64,000 nucleotides of DNA from Bacteroidales bacterium (GTDB lineage: Bacteria; Bacteroidota; Bacteroidia; Bacteroidales; JAUNSR01): NCBI GenBank assembly GCA_036655355.1, contig JAVVQG010000003.1, positions 43,821 to 107,820 of the forward strand, read 5' to 3'. Under the pieces are notes generated by a model, which was given only the letters and a program-made list of their open reading frames with translations, was not told the DNA's origin and did not search any database. Positions 27,589 through 36,897 of the stretch are shown one piece after another (position 1 is the first letter of the stretch; each line of letters begins with the position of its first letter). Position numbers and translations under genes: made by a program.

Positions 27589-28557
27589 ATGGATTCTGTA
27601 AAAGTTTCAGTCATCATACCCGTTATGAATCAGGGAGATCACATCTGCGCCTGTCTCGATTCGGTGATGAACCAAACACTTCAGGAAATAGAAATAATCG
27701 TAGTTGAAGGTGGCAGCAAAGACCGTTCAACCGAAATTATCTGCGCCCATATGGATCGCGACCCCCGTATCCGCATGCTCAACAAAGCAGGCGAAGGGTT
27801 ACCCATGGCCCGAAAGGCCGGAGTCGCTTCAGCCACGGGTAAATATGTATATCACCTCGACGGCGATGACATCCTGGAGCCACAGGCTCTTGAACTACTA
27901 TACAACCGCGCCGAAGAAACCGCGGCAGACATGGTCGTGCTCAACTTCTGGATTCAGAACGACTACAATAAAACAAAGAAAAGATCCAATTCCATCCGTT
28001 TCATCCGCTTTTCGGGCATCGATTTCATCCGAAGCCTCTACCTGCGTCAGAATTATTGGATGGTATGGAGCGTATTGCATAAACGGTCGCTTTACGAGAA
28101 CCGCGACATCCGGTTCGAAGCGCATCTCTCCCTGGGGGAAGATGCCCTGCTTACCACCCAATTGGCTTATTGCTCGAAAAAGGTGGTGAAACTTGACAGC
28201 GAACCGCTCCTGCACCACTATGTGCGTAAGGATCCGGAAACGAAAAGACTCTCTCTGTCACAAAAGAACCATTTCGACCTGCACACCTATCCCGAACTGA
28301 TCCGTAAATTCCTACGCGAAAAGCCGGAATATGAAACGCTCGAAGAAAGCATCAACTGCCTGCGCCTGCAGACCATCGCCCGCAGTTTCCAATACCGCTG
28401 TTTCGACTGCGCCTGTGAGAGAAGTCGCGAGGCACTCCACATTCTGCGTCTGCACCCCTCTTTGGCGTGCATTACCGGACCGCGTATGAAGCGCGTTTTC
28501 CATGCCTATTCGCTCTCTGAGAAATTAGGCAAACTGGTGAGTAAACTATTGCTGTAA
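27589..28557 (+). CDS. Glycosyltransferase family 2
   Basis: 322 aa. VSVIIPVMNQGDHICACLDSVMNQTLQEIEIIVVEGGSKD is a typical GT2 N-terminus, with DGDD as the DxD motif. Confidence 0.85.
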   Translation: MDSVKVSVIIPVMNQGDHICACLDSVMNQTLQEIEIIVVEGGSKDRSTEIICAHMDRDPRIRMLNKAGEGLPMARKAGVASATGKYVYHLDGDDILEPQALELLYNRAEETAADMVVLNFWIQNDYNKTKKRSNSIRFIRFSGIDFIRSLYLRQNYWMVWSVLHKRSLYENRDIRFEAHLSLGEDALLTTQLAYCSKKVVKLDSEPLLHHYVRKDPETKRLSLSQKNHFDLHTYPELIRKFLREKPEYETLEESINCLRLQTIARSFQYRCFDCACERSREALHILRLHPSLACITGPRMKRVFHAYSLSEKLGKLVSKLLL

Positions 28558-28595
28558 TCAGAAAGTTAAATCCGCCGGATATAAAATGTTATCCT

Positions 28596-28603
28596 TATCT
28601 TTG
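28596..28603 (+). promoter_or_regulatory. -7 box TATCTTTG upstream of ruvB
   Basis: Exact match 55 nt upstream of the ATG at 28659. Confidence 0.45.
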
Positions 28604-28658
28604 CGAGTGATACGACACCGTATCGTTTGTAAAACATCAGAGCGATAACAGATTAAGA

Positions 28659-29681
28659 ATGAACGACGATTTTGATATAAGAGATTCCCGAGTGAACGAG
28701 CCGGAGCGCGATGTGGAAAGAGCGCTCCGGCCGCTTCGCTTTGAGGATTTCAACGGACAGGAGAAGATTGTGGAAAACCTGCGCATCTTCGTCATGGCCG
28801 CCCGTATGCGAGAGGAAGCACTCGATCATGTGCTCCTGCACGGCCCTCCCGGGCTGGGTAAAACAACTCTTTCAAACATTATTGCGAACGAATTAGGAGT
28901 GGGCTTCAAGGTCACTTCCGGTCCCGTATTGGATAAACCGGGCGACTTGGCGGGACTTCTAACCAGCCTCGAACCGAACGACGTGCTTTTTATCGATGAG
29001 ATCCACCGTCTGAGTCCCATCGTAGAGGAGTATCTTTATTCGGCGATGGAGGACTACCGCATCGATATCATGATCGATAAAGGTCCCAGCGCACGCTCCA
29101 TCCAGATCGACCTGAATCCGTTCACCTTGGTCGGAGCCACGACCCGCAGCGGTTTGCTGACCTCTCCCCTGCGCGCACGTTTCGGAATCAATTCGCACTT
29201 GGAATATTATGACAACGAGGTGTTGGCGGGAATCGTCGGGCGCTCGGCGGGAATCCTCAACGTTTCCTGTACCGAAGAGGCGGCCATCGAGATTGCACTT
29301 CGCAGTCGCGGTACCCCCCGTATCGCCAACGCACTCCTACGCCGCGTACGAGACTTCGCCCAGGTGAAGGGAAGCGGCAAGATTGAGATTGAGATCGCCC
29401 GTTATGCCCTGGAGGCACTGAATATCGACCAATACGGATTGGATGAGATCGACAACCGAATCCTCTCCATCCTCATCGATAAATTCAGAGGGGGACCGGT
29501 GGGACTTACCACCATCGCTACGGCACTGGGGGAAGACCCGGGCACGCTGGAGGAGGTTTACGAACCGTTCCTCATCAAAGAAGGATTCATCAAACGTACC
29601 CCGCGCGGACGCGAAGTGACCGAATTGGCTTACAAGCACCTCGGTCGGTCTCGCGCACCCGAAGCAGGTACATTGTTCTGA
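28659..29681 (+). CDS. ruvB: Holliday junction branch-migration helicase RuvB
   Basis: 340 aa with Walker [11 protein letters not shown], Walker B FIDEIHRL, and conserved RuvB N and C regions. Confidence 0.95.
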   Translation: MNDDFDIRDSRVNEPERDVERALRPLRFEDFNGQEKIVENLRIFVMAARMREEALDHVLLHGPPGLGKTTLSNIIANELGVGFKVTSGPVLDKPGDLAGLLTSLEPNDVLFIDEIHRLSPIVEEYLYSAMEDYRIDIMIDKGPSARSIQIDLNPFTLVGATTRSGLLTSPLRARFGINSHLEYYDNEVLAGIVGRSAGILNVSCTEEAAIEIALRSRGTPRIANALLRRVRDFAQVKGSGKIEIEIARYALEALNIDQYGLDEIDNRILSILIDKFRGGPVGLTTIATALGEDPGTLEEVYEPFLIKEGFIKRTPRGREVTELAYKHLGRSRAPEAGTLF

Positions 29682-29686
29682 CACAC

Positions 29687-29718
29687 AGGCCGGCATTTTC
29701 AAAATTCCGGCCTCTTTT
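29687..29718 (+). terminator. Intrinsic terminator after ruvB
   Basis: aggccgg (29687-29693) pairs with ccggcct (29707-29713), followed by cttttc. Confidence 0.6.
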
Positions 29719-29741
29719 CGCATTAACGCAAACTCATCACT

Positions 29742-31253
29742 ATGGCAGGAATGAAAAGCCTCGCTAAGGATACCGCTTTGTACGGACTTAGCTCTATTCT
29801 CGGAAAACTACTGAACTGGTTATTGGTGCCCCTTTACGTAGTCAAAGTCAACGATTTTGAATTTGGTGAAATCACACAGCTTTACGCCTGGACGGGTTTG
29901 TTGCTGGTGATGCTTACTTATGGACTTGAAACGGGCTTCTTCCGTTTTGCGAACAAGAACGAAGCGAGTGACCCGATGCTGGTATACAGCACCTGTATGA
30001 CTTCACTCTGGACCACCACCGGAGCTTTCCTGGCTTTGATCTTCCTGTTCCTGAAGCCTTTGGCCGGGGGACTCGGATTTACCGGTCATGAAAACTACAT
30101 CAGCATGTTGGCGGTGGTTGTGGCGATGGATGTCATCTCCTCGCTCCCATTCGCTTACCTGCGCTACCAAAAAAGACCCCTTCGTTTCGCAGCCATCAAG
30201 CTTCTTTTCGTTTTTGTCAACATCGGGTTCAACCTGTTTTTCCTCGTTGCCTGTCCGATTCTGTGGAAGAGCAATCCCTCACTCATCTCTTGGTTCTATC
30301 ACCCCGAACAAAGCGGAGTGTTTTACATCATCGTTGCCAACCTGATCGGAACGGCACTCATGCTCTCGGCTCTTTTTCCGGAACTCTTCCGCATCAAATA
30401 CCGCGTGGACTGGCCCTTGTTGAAGTCGATCCTGCGTTATTCGTTTCCGCTGCTGATCCTGGGCGTAGCCGGTATCATCAACCAAACCGCCGATAAGATC
30501 CTCTTTCCGATGTTGATAACGGACCAATACGAGGCCAAAAGCCAATTGGGCATCTATGGCGCCAACTTCAAATTCGCCGTCGTGATGATCATGTTCATTC
30601 AGGCTTTCCGATTCGCCTATGAACCGTTCGTATTTGGTAAGAACCGCGATAAAGACAACAAAACCGCCTACATCCAGGCGATGAAATACTTCATCATACT
30701 TGGGTTGTTCATCTTTCTGAGTGTGGGATTGTTGATTCCATTCCTGCCCGAAATCCCGGTGGTTCGCAGTCACATCAAACCGGAATACTTCAGCGGATTG
30801 GCGGTCGTGCCGATTGTTATGATGGCGGAATTCTTCTTCGGCATCTTCTTCAACCTCTCCTTTTGGTATAAATTGACAGACAAGACGCAATGGGGAGCCG
30901 CCTTTTCGGTGGGAGGATGCGTCCTCACCGTGGTGATGAACATCCTGTTTGTGCCCCGTTTCGGGTACATGGCGTGTGCGTGGACGGCCTTCACGGTTTA
31001 TTTCCTGATGATGGTTACCTCTTTCCTGGCCGGACAGAAATACTACCCCATCCGCTACGAGGTGAAAAATGCACTGTTCTATTTCGTTCTCGCGCTGGGA
31101 CTCTATTTCACGGGAATGCTCATGCCGGTAAGCAACACCATTATTTTATTTGTTATTCGATTTATTTTAATCATTTTCTACCTTTTAATTGTTCTTAGAA
31201 AAGATATACCTTTAAGCGAAATACCTTTCGTTAACAAACTGATAAAACGATAA
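29742..31253 (+). CDS. MOP-superfamily polysaccharide/oligosaccharide flippase (Wzx-like)
   Basis: 503 aa with ~14 predicted TM helices. The N-terminal KDTALYGLSSILGKLLNWLLVPLY is typical of the 'polysaccharide biosynthesis protein' family. Confidence 0.65.
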   Translation: MAGMKSLAKDTALYGLSSILGKLLNWLLVPLYVVKVNDFEFGEITQLYAWTGLLLVMLTYGLETGFFRFANKNEASDPMLVYSTCMTSLWTTTGAFLALIFLFLKPLAGGLGFTGHENYISMLAVVVAMDVISSLPFAYLRYQKRPLRFAAIKLLFVFVNIGFNLFFLVACPILWKSNPSLISWFYHPEQSGVFYIIVANLIGTALMLSALFPELFRIKYRVDWPLLKSILRYSFPLLILGVAGIINQTADKILFPMLITDQYEAKSQLGIYGANFKFAVVMIMFIQAFRFAYEPFVFGKNRDKDNKTAYIQAMKYFIILGLFIFLSVGLLIPFLPEIPVVRSHIKPEYFSGLAVVPIVMMAEFFFGIFFNLSFWYKLTDKTQWGAAFSVGGCVLTVVMNILFVPRFGYMACAWTAFTVYFLMMVTSFLAGQKYYPIRYEVKNALFYFVLALGLYFTGMLMPVSNTIILFVIRFILIIFYLLIVLRKDIPLSEIPFVNKLIKR

Positions 31254-31256
31254 CTT

Positions 31257-32702
31257 ATGTCAACCGATCAAACACCCGATAGCCAAAACACACCTGCGCC
31301 GGCTTCCGAATCCGGAAGTCTGCAGATCAAACACATGACCCTTGAGGAGATTTACCGCAAAGGGAAGTTCCTGGCGAAAAAATATTTTGACCTTCAACGT
31401 GATAAAGTAGACAATACACAGACCTATGAGGCGATCGCCTCCGGTATCGAGTTTAAAGGCACGAACCTGTGGGTACTTATCTTTGCGATTTTCGTGGCTT
31501 CCCTGGGGCTCAACATGAACTCCATTCCGGTTATTATCGGAGCCATGCTTATCTCCCCGTTGATGGGTCCGATCATGGGGATTGGTCTCGGACTGGGTGT
31601 GACGGATCCGCAGCTGATTACCCGTTCACTCAAGAACTTGGCTGTAGCCACCATTTTCGGGATGCTCACCTCTTGTCTTTACTTCCTGATCTCGCCCATC
31701 GACGAGGCGCGTTCGGAACTTCTTGCCAGAACCACACCGACGATTTATGACGTGCTCATCGCCTTCTTCGGAGGGATGGCCGGAATCATCGCCACGGGTA
31801 GCAAGGAGAAGGGGAACGTGATTCCCGGCGTAGCCATCGCAACCGCACTGATGCCGCCGTTGTGTACGAGCGGATATGGATTGGCTACGGGACAATGGAA
31901 TTTCTTCTTCGGCGCATTCTACCTCTATATGATCAACTGCGTCTATATCGGTTTTGCGACATGGCTGGGCGTACGTATTCTCAAACTGCCGAAGCAAACC
32001 ATGGCGGATACGAAAAAAAGACGCCGTATGATCAATTGGATCAGCGCCTTGATTCTGGTAACGGCACTTCCGAGTGTTTACATCACCTACAAGATCATCA
32101 AAGAGAACATTGTGACGGCTCAAATCAGCAATTTCGTTACCAACGAATTTGATTTCCCCTCTTCACAGGTATTGGATAAGAAGCTGACCAGCAACAAGGA
32201 GAAACAGAAAGTACTGGAAGTGAGCATCATCGGACAAAGCATCCCGCAAGACTCGATCAACATGATCGCATCGCGCATGCCTTTCTACGGACTGAATGAC
32301 ATCCGCCTGCGTGTGGTTCAGGGATATACCCCCGATCAAGCCGCAGATCAGAAAATCATGACCAGCACTATCCTTCAGGACCTCATGAAGCACAATCAGG
32401 AAGTGATGGATAACCAAAAGAAAGAGATCGCACTACTCCAAAACAATCTGGTAAGTTACCAGCGACTCGATTCACTGGGTGTTCAGATTGCGCCGGAACT
32501 GAAAGTGATCTTCCCTCAGATTACCGATATCGCAGTGGCGAACACCTATTTCAATCAGGTCGATTCATTGAAACTTCAACCCGTAACGTTGGCGATTGTC
32601 TATTCCGAAAAAGGATTTACAACAGCCGAAGAGACGAAACTACGCGAATGGTTGGCTGCTCGTATTCAGACGAAACACCTGCGGTTATTTATTGAACGTT
32701 AA
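31257..32702 (+). CDS. DUF389-family integral membrane protein with a C-terminal soluble extension
   Basis: 481 aa. GAMLISPLMGPIMGIGLG and ATALMPPLC are motifs I associate with DUF389/TIGR00341-type proteins. Confidence 0.55.
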   Translation: MSTDQTPDSQNTPAPASESGSLQIKHMTLEEIYRKGKFLAKKYFDLQRDKVDNTQTYEAIASGIEFKGTNLWVLIFAIFVASLGLNMNSIPVIIGAMLISPLMGPIMGIGLGLGVTDPQLITRSLKNLAVATIFGMLTSCLYFLISPIDEARSELLARTTPTIYDVLIAFFGGMAGIIATGSKEKGNVIPGVAIATALMPPLCTSGYGLATGQWNFFFGAFYLYMINCVYIGFATWLGVRILKLPKQTMADTKKRRRMINWISALILVTALPSVYITYKIIKENIVTAQISNFVTNEFDFPSSQVLDKKLTSNKEKQKVLEVSIIGQSIPQDSINMIASRMPFYGLNDIRLRVVQGYTPDQAADQKIMTSTILQDLMKHNQEVMDNQKKEIALLQNNLVSYQRLDSLGVQIAPELKVIFPQITDIAVANTYFNQVDSLKLQPVTLAIVYSEKGFTTAEETKLREWLAARIQTKHLRLFIER

Positions 32703-32724
32703 CCGGCACCAACCGCACACCCAT

Positions 32725-32780
32725 AAAAAACCCCTTATACGAGTCTGGATGAACAGACTCGCATAAGGGGTTACTTTTTA
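32725..32780. terminator. Bidirectional intrinsic terminator between convergent genes
   Basis: A 17-bp stem, ccccttatacgagtctg (32731-32747) with cagactcgcataagggg (32754-32770), with an A6 run upstream and a T-rich tract downstream. Confidence 0.8.
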
Positions 32781-32794
32781 TCCCGGAATGGAAA

Positions 32795-33145
32795 TTATTT
32801 CTTATCCTTCGTTGAACAACAAGGTTTCTTTTCCGCATTTTGAGAAGTACACTCGCTTTTTTTCTCTGTGCATTTCTTAGCCGGAGTACATTCTGCAGCA
32901 GGTTTTGCCTCTTTTTTAGAAGAGCAACAGCTTCCTGCAGGTTTTGTTTTGTCTGACTTTTTATCCTTAGCCGTAGCCGGAGTAGCAGACTGTTTTTTAT
33001 CTTCTTTATTCTTATTCTGCGTACAAGAACCTTTCTCGGTACATGTTTTTGCAGCCGGACATGCGTTTTCCTTTTTCTCCTGTGCCGTAGCGGAAACAGA
33101 ACCCAAAGCAAAAACCAACATCATCGATAGTAGTACTTTTTTCAT
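32795..33145 (-). CDS. Small secreted Cys- and Lys-rich low-complexity protein, function unknown
   Basis: 116 aa with a clear signal peptide, MKKVLLSMMLVFALGSVSATA/QE. The mature part has 10 Cys (including two CC pairs), many Lys and no aromatic residues. C(T/S)(E/Q)K-like motifs recur. Confidence 0.6.
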   Translation of the reverse strand: MKKVLLSMMLVFALGSVSATAQEKKENACPAAKTCTEKGSCTQNKNKEDKKQSATPATAKDKKSDKTKPAGSCCSSKKEAKPAAECTPAKKCTEKKSECTSQNAEKKPCCSTKDKK

Positions 33146-33345
33146 TTGTCGTTGTTTTATTTATTTACGTTAAGGTCAAATGCGCCATCTATGTACCTTC
33201 TGTCGGGTAATTCAACTTTAGGTGAGCTATGGCGATTTCATTTGTCGTTGTTTTATTTATTTACATTAAAGTCAAATGCGCCATCTATGTACCTTCAACT
33301 AGGTAACTCAACTTTAGGTGAGCTATGGCGATTTCATTTGTCGTT
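33141..33345 (+). repeat. Tandem array (~2.1 copies) of a 96-bp element, same family as 48193-48305
   Basis: Unit starts are at 33141, 33237 and 33333 (period 96). By hand count, copies A and B differ at ~9 positions. The first unit begins at the start codon and 5' leader of the Cys-rich gene on the opposite strand. Confidence 0.9.
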
Positions 33346-33464
33346 TTTTTTCATCTGATCAAGCCGTAAAAGTATTATTTAACGCTCTTAATTCTTAATC
33401 ATTTAGTTTATTACAAATATATAAAAGTAGCATAAAAAACAATGGATTCCTACCTCCTATTTCC

Positions 33465-33472
33465 TACATTTG
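33465..33472 (+). promoter_or_regulatory. -7 box TACATTTG upstream of tcdA
   Basis: Exact TAnnTTTG match 22 nt upstream of the ATG at 33495. Confidence 0.5.
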
Positions 33473-33494
33473 TAGTATTAAAAAAAGTTCGACA

Positions 33495-34205
33495 ATGGAA
33501 AATTGGTTGGAAAGAACAATCCTCCTAATGGGAGAAGAGAAGTTGGAACGACTCAAGAAGGCACATGTGCTGGTGGTTGGAGTCGGTGGTGTGGGTGCCT
33601 ACGCCGCAGAGATGATTTGTCGTGCCGGAGTAGGTAAAATGACAATCATCGACGGGGATGTGGTGAATGCCTCCAATATCAACAGGCAATTGGTAGCCAG
33701 ACACAGCACCATCGGAGAGAAGAAAGTGGATATCCTCTCGAAGCGATTGCTGGATATCAATCCGAACCTTGAGTTAGTGGCAAAATATGAATTTATCCAC
33801 GATGAACTGACTGAGGAGCTGTTAGACAGCGATACCTTTGACTTCATCGTAGATGCGATCGATACGTTGAGTCCCAAAGTAAACCTAATCGCTTCGGCGA
33901 TGCGACGGAAAATCAAAATCGTATCCTCGATGGGAGCCGGTGCCCGCATCGACCCCACACGGATCCAGTTTGCCGACATCTCGGCTACCCGCGAGTGTAC
34001 GCTGGCCAAAGCGGTTCGCAAACGTTTGGCAAAGATTGGAATACGCAAAGGCTTACCGACGGTATTCTCTACCGAGGCACCAAACCGCAGTGCCGTTTTA
34101 TTGACGGAAACGGAACGCAACAAAAAATCAACCGTAGGAACCATTTCCTATATGCCGGCCATCTTCGGATGCTTCCTGGCTTCACATGTAATCCGCAAAC
34201 TTTAA
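33495..34205 (+). CDS. tcdA: tRNA threonylcarbamoyladenosine dehydratase (ThiF/E1-like)
   Basis: 236 aa. [41 protein letters not shown] is a TcdA/CsdL-type Rossmann motif. Confidence 0.8.
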   Translation: MENWLERTILLMGEEKLERLKKAHVLVVGVGGVGAYAAEMICRAGVGKMTIIDGDVVNASNINRQLVARHSTIGEKKVDILSKRLLDINPNLELVAKYEFIHDELTEELLDSDTFDFIVDAIDTLSPKVNLIASAMRRKIKIVSSMGAGARIDPTRIQFADISATRECTLAKAVRKRLAKIGIRKGLPTVFSTEAPNRSAVLLTETERNKKSTVGTISYMPAIFGCFLASHVIRKL

Positions 34206-34215
34206 ATCCTTACGC

Positions 34216-34866
34216 ATGATCAGTGCATCGAATATCACCAAGAGCTTCGGCTCATTACAAGTTCTCAAAGGAATAGACCTTACGATCGATAAGGGCGAAG
34301 TGGTTTCTATCGTCGGAAAAAGCGGCGCCGGAAAAACCACCCTGCTCCAGATTCTGGGTACACTCGACAAACCGGATACCGGCAATGTAACCATCAACGG
34401 AACCGATGTTCTTAAACTGAAAGAGAAAGAGCTTTCCGCATTCCGGAACCGCAACATCGGATTCGTTTTTCAGTTCCATCAACTGCTCCCCGAATTCACC
34501 GCCCTTGAGAACGTGATGATTCCTGCCCTGATCGGCAAAGAAAAATCGTCCGATGCCAGAAAACGGGCCAAAGAGATTCTCGATTTTCTGAATCTGGCAG
34601 ACCGTATGGATCACAAACCGGCCGAGTTGTCGGGAGGCGAGAAGCAACGTGTCGCCGTGGCCCGCGCGCTGATCAACGATCCGGCCGTGGTTTTTGCGGA
34701 TGAACCTTCGGGCAGTCTCGATTCCGCCCACAAAAAAGAGTTGCACCAGCTATTCTTCGATTTACGAAAAGAGCTGAATCAGACATTTGTAATCGTCACA
34801 CACGATGAATCGCTGTCTGGAATGTCAGACCGCGTCATCCACATGCAGGATGGAGTGATTCTCTGA
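34216..34866 (+). CDS. ABC transporter ATP-binding protein (LolD/MacB-ATPase-like)
   Basis: 216 aa with Walker [10 protein letters not shown], signature [10 protein letters not shown] and Walker B VVFADEP. Confidence 0.85.
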   Translation: MISASNITKSFGSLQVLKGIDLTIDKGEVVSIVGKSGAGKTTLLQILGTLDKPDTGNVTINGTDVLKLKEKELSAFRNRNIGFVFQFHQLLPEFTALENVMIPALIGKEKSSDARKRAKEILDFLNLADRMDHKPAELSGGEKQRVAVARALINDPAVVFADEPSGSLDSAHKKELHQLFFDLRKELNQTFVIVTHDESLSGMSDRVIHMQDGVIL

Positions 34867-34893
34867 CCTGCGGCTTGTTATCATTAATTTTAT

Positions 34894-34901
34894 TAACTTT
34901 G
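34894..34901 (+). promoter_or_regulatory. -7 box TAACTTTG upstream of cysS
   Basis: Exact match 21 nt upstream of the ATG at 34923. Confidence 0.5.
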
Positions 34902-34922
34902 TAAGTGTAAAACAAATCAGAT

Positions 34923-36398
34923 ATGACACAGAAACTAACCATTTACAATACGCTTCACCGGAAGAAAGAGGAGTTCGTTCCTTACCATCCGGGGCATGTG
35001 GGGATGTACGTGTGCGGTCCGACCGTTTATGGTGACGGTCACTTGGGACACGCCCGTCCGGCCATCACGTTCGACCTTTTGTTCCGTTACCTGCAACACC
35101 TTGGCTATAAAGTACGTTATGTGCGCAACATCACAGACGTAGGTCATCTTGAGAACGATGCCGATCAGGGAGAGGATAAGATCGCTAAAAAGGCACGCTT
35201 GGAAGAGTTGGAGCCGATGGAAGTGGTGCAGTATTACCTGAACCGCTACCACAAAGCGATGGAAGCGCTCAATGTGCTTCCTCCAAGCATCGAACCGCAC
35301 GCTTCGGGTCACATCATCGAACAGATCGAGTATGTGAAGAAAATCGAAGAAGCGGGATACGCTTACGAAAGCAACGGATCGGTTTATTTTGATGTGGAAA
35401 AATACAACAAAGAACACCATTACGGCAAACTGTCGGGTCGTAACATCGAAGACCTTCTGAATACTACCCGTGCCCTTGACGGACAGCAGGAGAAACGGAA
35501 CAGCTTCGACTTCGCGCTTTGGAAAAAGGCCGACGATGCGCACATCATGCGCTGGCCTTCTCCGTGGAGCGACGGTTTTCCGGGCTGGCACCTGGAGTGC
35601 TCGGCCATGGGACAGAAATACCTCGGCGAACATTTCGACATCCACGGCGGCGGTATGGACCTGCTGTTCCCACACCACGAGTGTGAGATCGCCCAGTCCG
35701 TAGCGGCTCAGGGACACGAATGCGTGAACTACTGGATGCACAACAACATGATCACCATCAACGGACAGAAGATGGGTAAATCGCTGGGCAACTTCATCAC
35801 ATTGGATGAGTTCTTCACCGGAAATCACGAATCACTGGCACAGGCTTATTCTCCGATGACCATCCGTTTCTTCATTCTGATGGCGCATTACCGCAGTACG
35901 GTGGACTTCAGCAACGAAGCGCTTCAAGCTGCAGAGAAAGGTCTCAACCGCCTGATGGAAGCGTATTCGAACCTCGATAAGCTGACGGCGTCACCGAACT
36001 CAACCGTGGAAATCGCTCCGCTTCGTCAGAAAATGTACGATGCGATGAACGACGACCTGAATTCACCGATCGTCATCTCCCACCTTTTTGAGGCGGCGAG
36101 TATCATCAACCGCGTGATTGCCGGCAACGACACGATCGATGCGGAGAACCTGGCGCTGCTTCGTGCTACGATGGAGCTGTTCATGTTCGACATCCTTGGA
36201 TTGAAAAAAGAGGAGAAAGCCGGTTCAAATAACGAAGAGGCGTATGGCGAGGCGGTAAATATGTTGCTGCAACTGCGTATGCAGGCCAAAGCCAACAAAG
36301 ACTGGGCTACTTCGGACATGATCCGCAATAAGCTGACAGAACTGGGCTTCGTGATCAAAGACACCAAAGACGGTTTCGAGTGGAAGCTTGACAAATAA
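34923..36398 (+). CDS. cysS: Cysteine--tRNA ligase
   Basis: 491 aa with HIGH-type HLGHARP, KMSKS-type KMGKSLGN, and zinc-site residues in the WHLECS context. Confidence 0.95.
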   Translation: MTQKLTIYNTLHRKKEEFVPYHPGHVGMYVCGPTVYGDGHLGHARPAITFDLLFRYLQHLGYKVRYVRNITDVGHLENDADQGEDKIAKKARLEELEPMEVVQYYLNRYHKAMEALNVLPPSIEPHASGHIIEQIEYVKKIEEAGYAYESNGSVYFDVEKYNKEHHYGKLSGRNIEDLLNTTRALDGQQEKRNSFDFALWKKADDAHIMRWPSPWSDGFPGWHLECSAMGQKYLGEHFDIHGGGMDLLFPHHECEIAQSVAAQGHECVNYWMHNNMITINGQKMGKSLGNFITLDEFFTGNHESLAQAYSPMTIRFFILMAHYRSTVDFSNEALQAAEKGLNRLMEAYSNLDKLTASPNSTVEIAPLRQKMYDAMNDDLNSPIVISHLFEAASIINRVIAGNDTIDAENLALLRATMELFMFDILGLKKEEKAGSNNEEAYGEAVNMLLQLRMQAKANKDWATSDMIRNKLTELGFVIKDTKDGFEWKLDK

Positions 36399-36420
36399 CA
36401 ACCGTTCAGATACAACAAAA

Positions 36421-36470
36421 AGAGGCTGCCCCAAATTCATGCGAATGAACCGGGCAGCCTCTTCTGCTTT
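36421..36470 (+). terminator. Intrinsic terminator after cysS
   Basis: agaggctgcc (36421-36430) pairs with ggcagcctct (36453-36462), followed by tctgcttt. Confidence 0.7.
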
Positions 36471-36564
36471 AAAAATAGAAAGAGGTTCTTAAAATCCCTA
36501 CCCGTGGAATAGGAGATCGTTTTTCAGCTATAAAAGGCTGCTGTGCTCCTTTTATCCCTTTATA

Positions 36565-36830
36565 ATTCCGAAAGGATCCTCTGTTTATTCCGAAAGGATC
36601 CTATATAATTACCTCTTCAGACCTTTGAAGAAGGCTCTTCAGTGCTTTGAAGAAGGCTCTTCAGTACTCTGAAGAAGGCTCTTCAGTGCTCTGAAGAAGG
36701 CTCTTCAGTACTCTGAAGCGGCTCATTCAGTGCTCTGAAGAAGGCTCTTCAGTGCTCTGAAGCGGCTCATTCAGAGGTCTGAAGAAGGCTCTTCAGTGCT
36801 CTGAAGCGGCTCATTCAGAGGTCTGAAGAG
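36565..36830. repeat. 22-bp-period tandem array of nested palindromes (about 12 units)
   Basis: Two units of attccgaaaggatcct (36565, 36587) come first. Ten units of ctc(t/at)tcag-NNNN-(c/t)tgaag-(aagg/cgg) follow from 36613 to 36830. The last six units form three ~44-bp higher-order repeats. The array is non-coding, with stops in all frames. Confidence 0.9.
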
Positions 36831-36897
36831 TCATTTTAAATGCTTCTGGGGATGAATTGCTTCTATCAATTCTAATATTGGGGAGTATATTTTTCTC

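Noticed and set aside
32689-33111. 140-aa Arg/Lys-rich ORF overlapping the Cys-rich gene in another frame on the same strand
   Set aside because: It is a frame-shifted reading of an AAG/AAA-rich low-complexity sequence. It has no signal peptide or sensible start context, whereas the 116-aa frame has a canonical signal peptide.
33176-33217. 13-codon mini-ORF inside each repeat unit (MRHLCTFCRVIQL* at 33.1 kb, MRHLYTFCWVTQL* at 48.2 kb)
   Set aside because: All three differences between the two full copies are non-synonymous, and the middle copy is truncated by a stop. There is no sign of purifying selection on the peptide.
33146-33358. 70-aa plus-strand ORF (MSLFYLFTLRSNAPSMYLL...) spanning the 96-bp repeats
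   Set aside because: The ORF exists only because the repeat unit happens to be open in one frame. The protein is an internal duplicate of itself, has a non-ATG start, and shows no protein-like features.
34935-35828. 297-aa ORF antisense to cysS, and similar long antisense ORFs at 61271-62215, 55066-55983, 9265-10236, 37541-38347, 16126-16758 and 30279-30890
   Set aside because: Each lies entirely inside a gene with strong family motifs on the other strand. Their translations are low-complexity (Arg/His/Val-rich) shadow ORFs without recognisable domains.
36565-36830. Possible CRISPR array
   Set aside because: The repeats are contiguous with a 21-23 bp period and no unique spacers. There is no leader, and no cas genes lie anywhere in the window.
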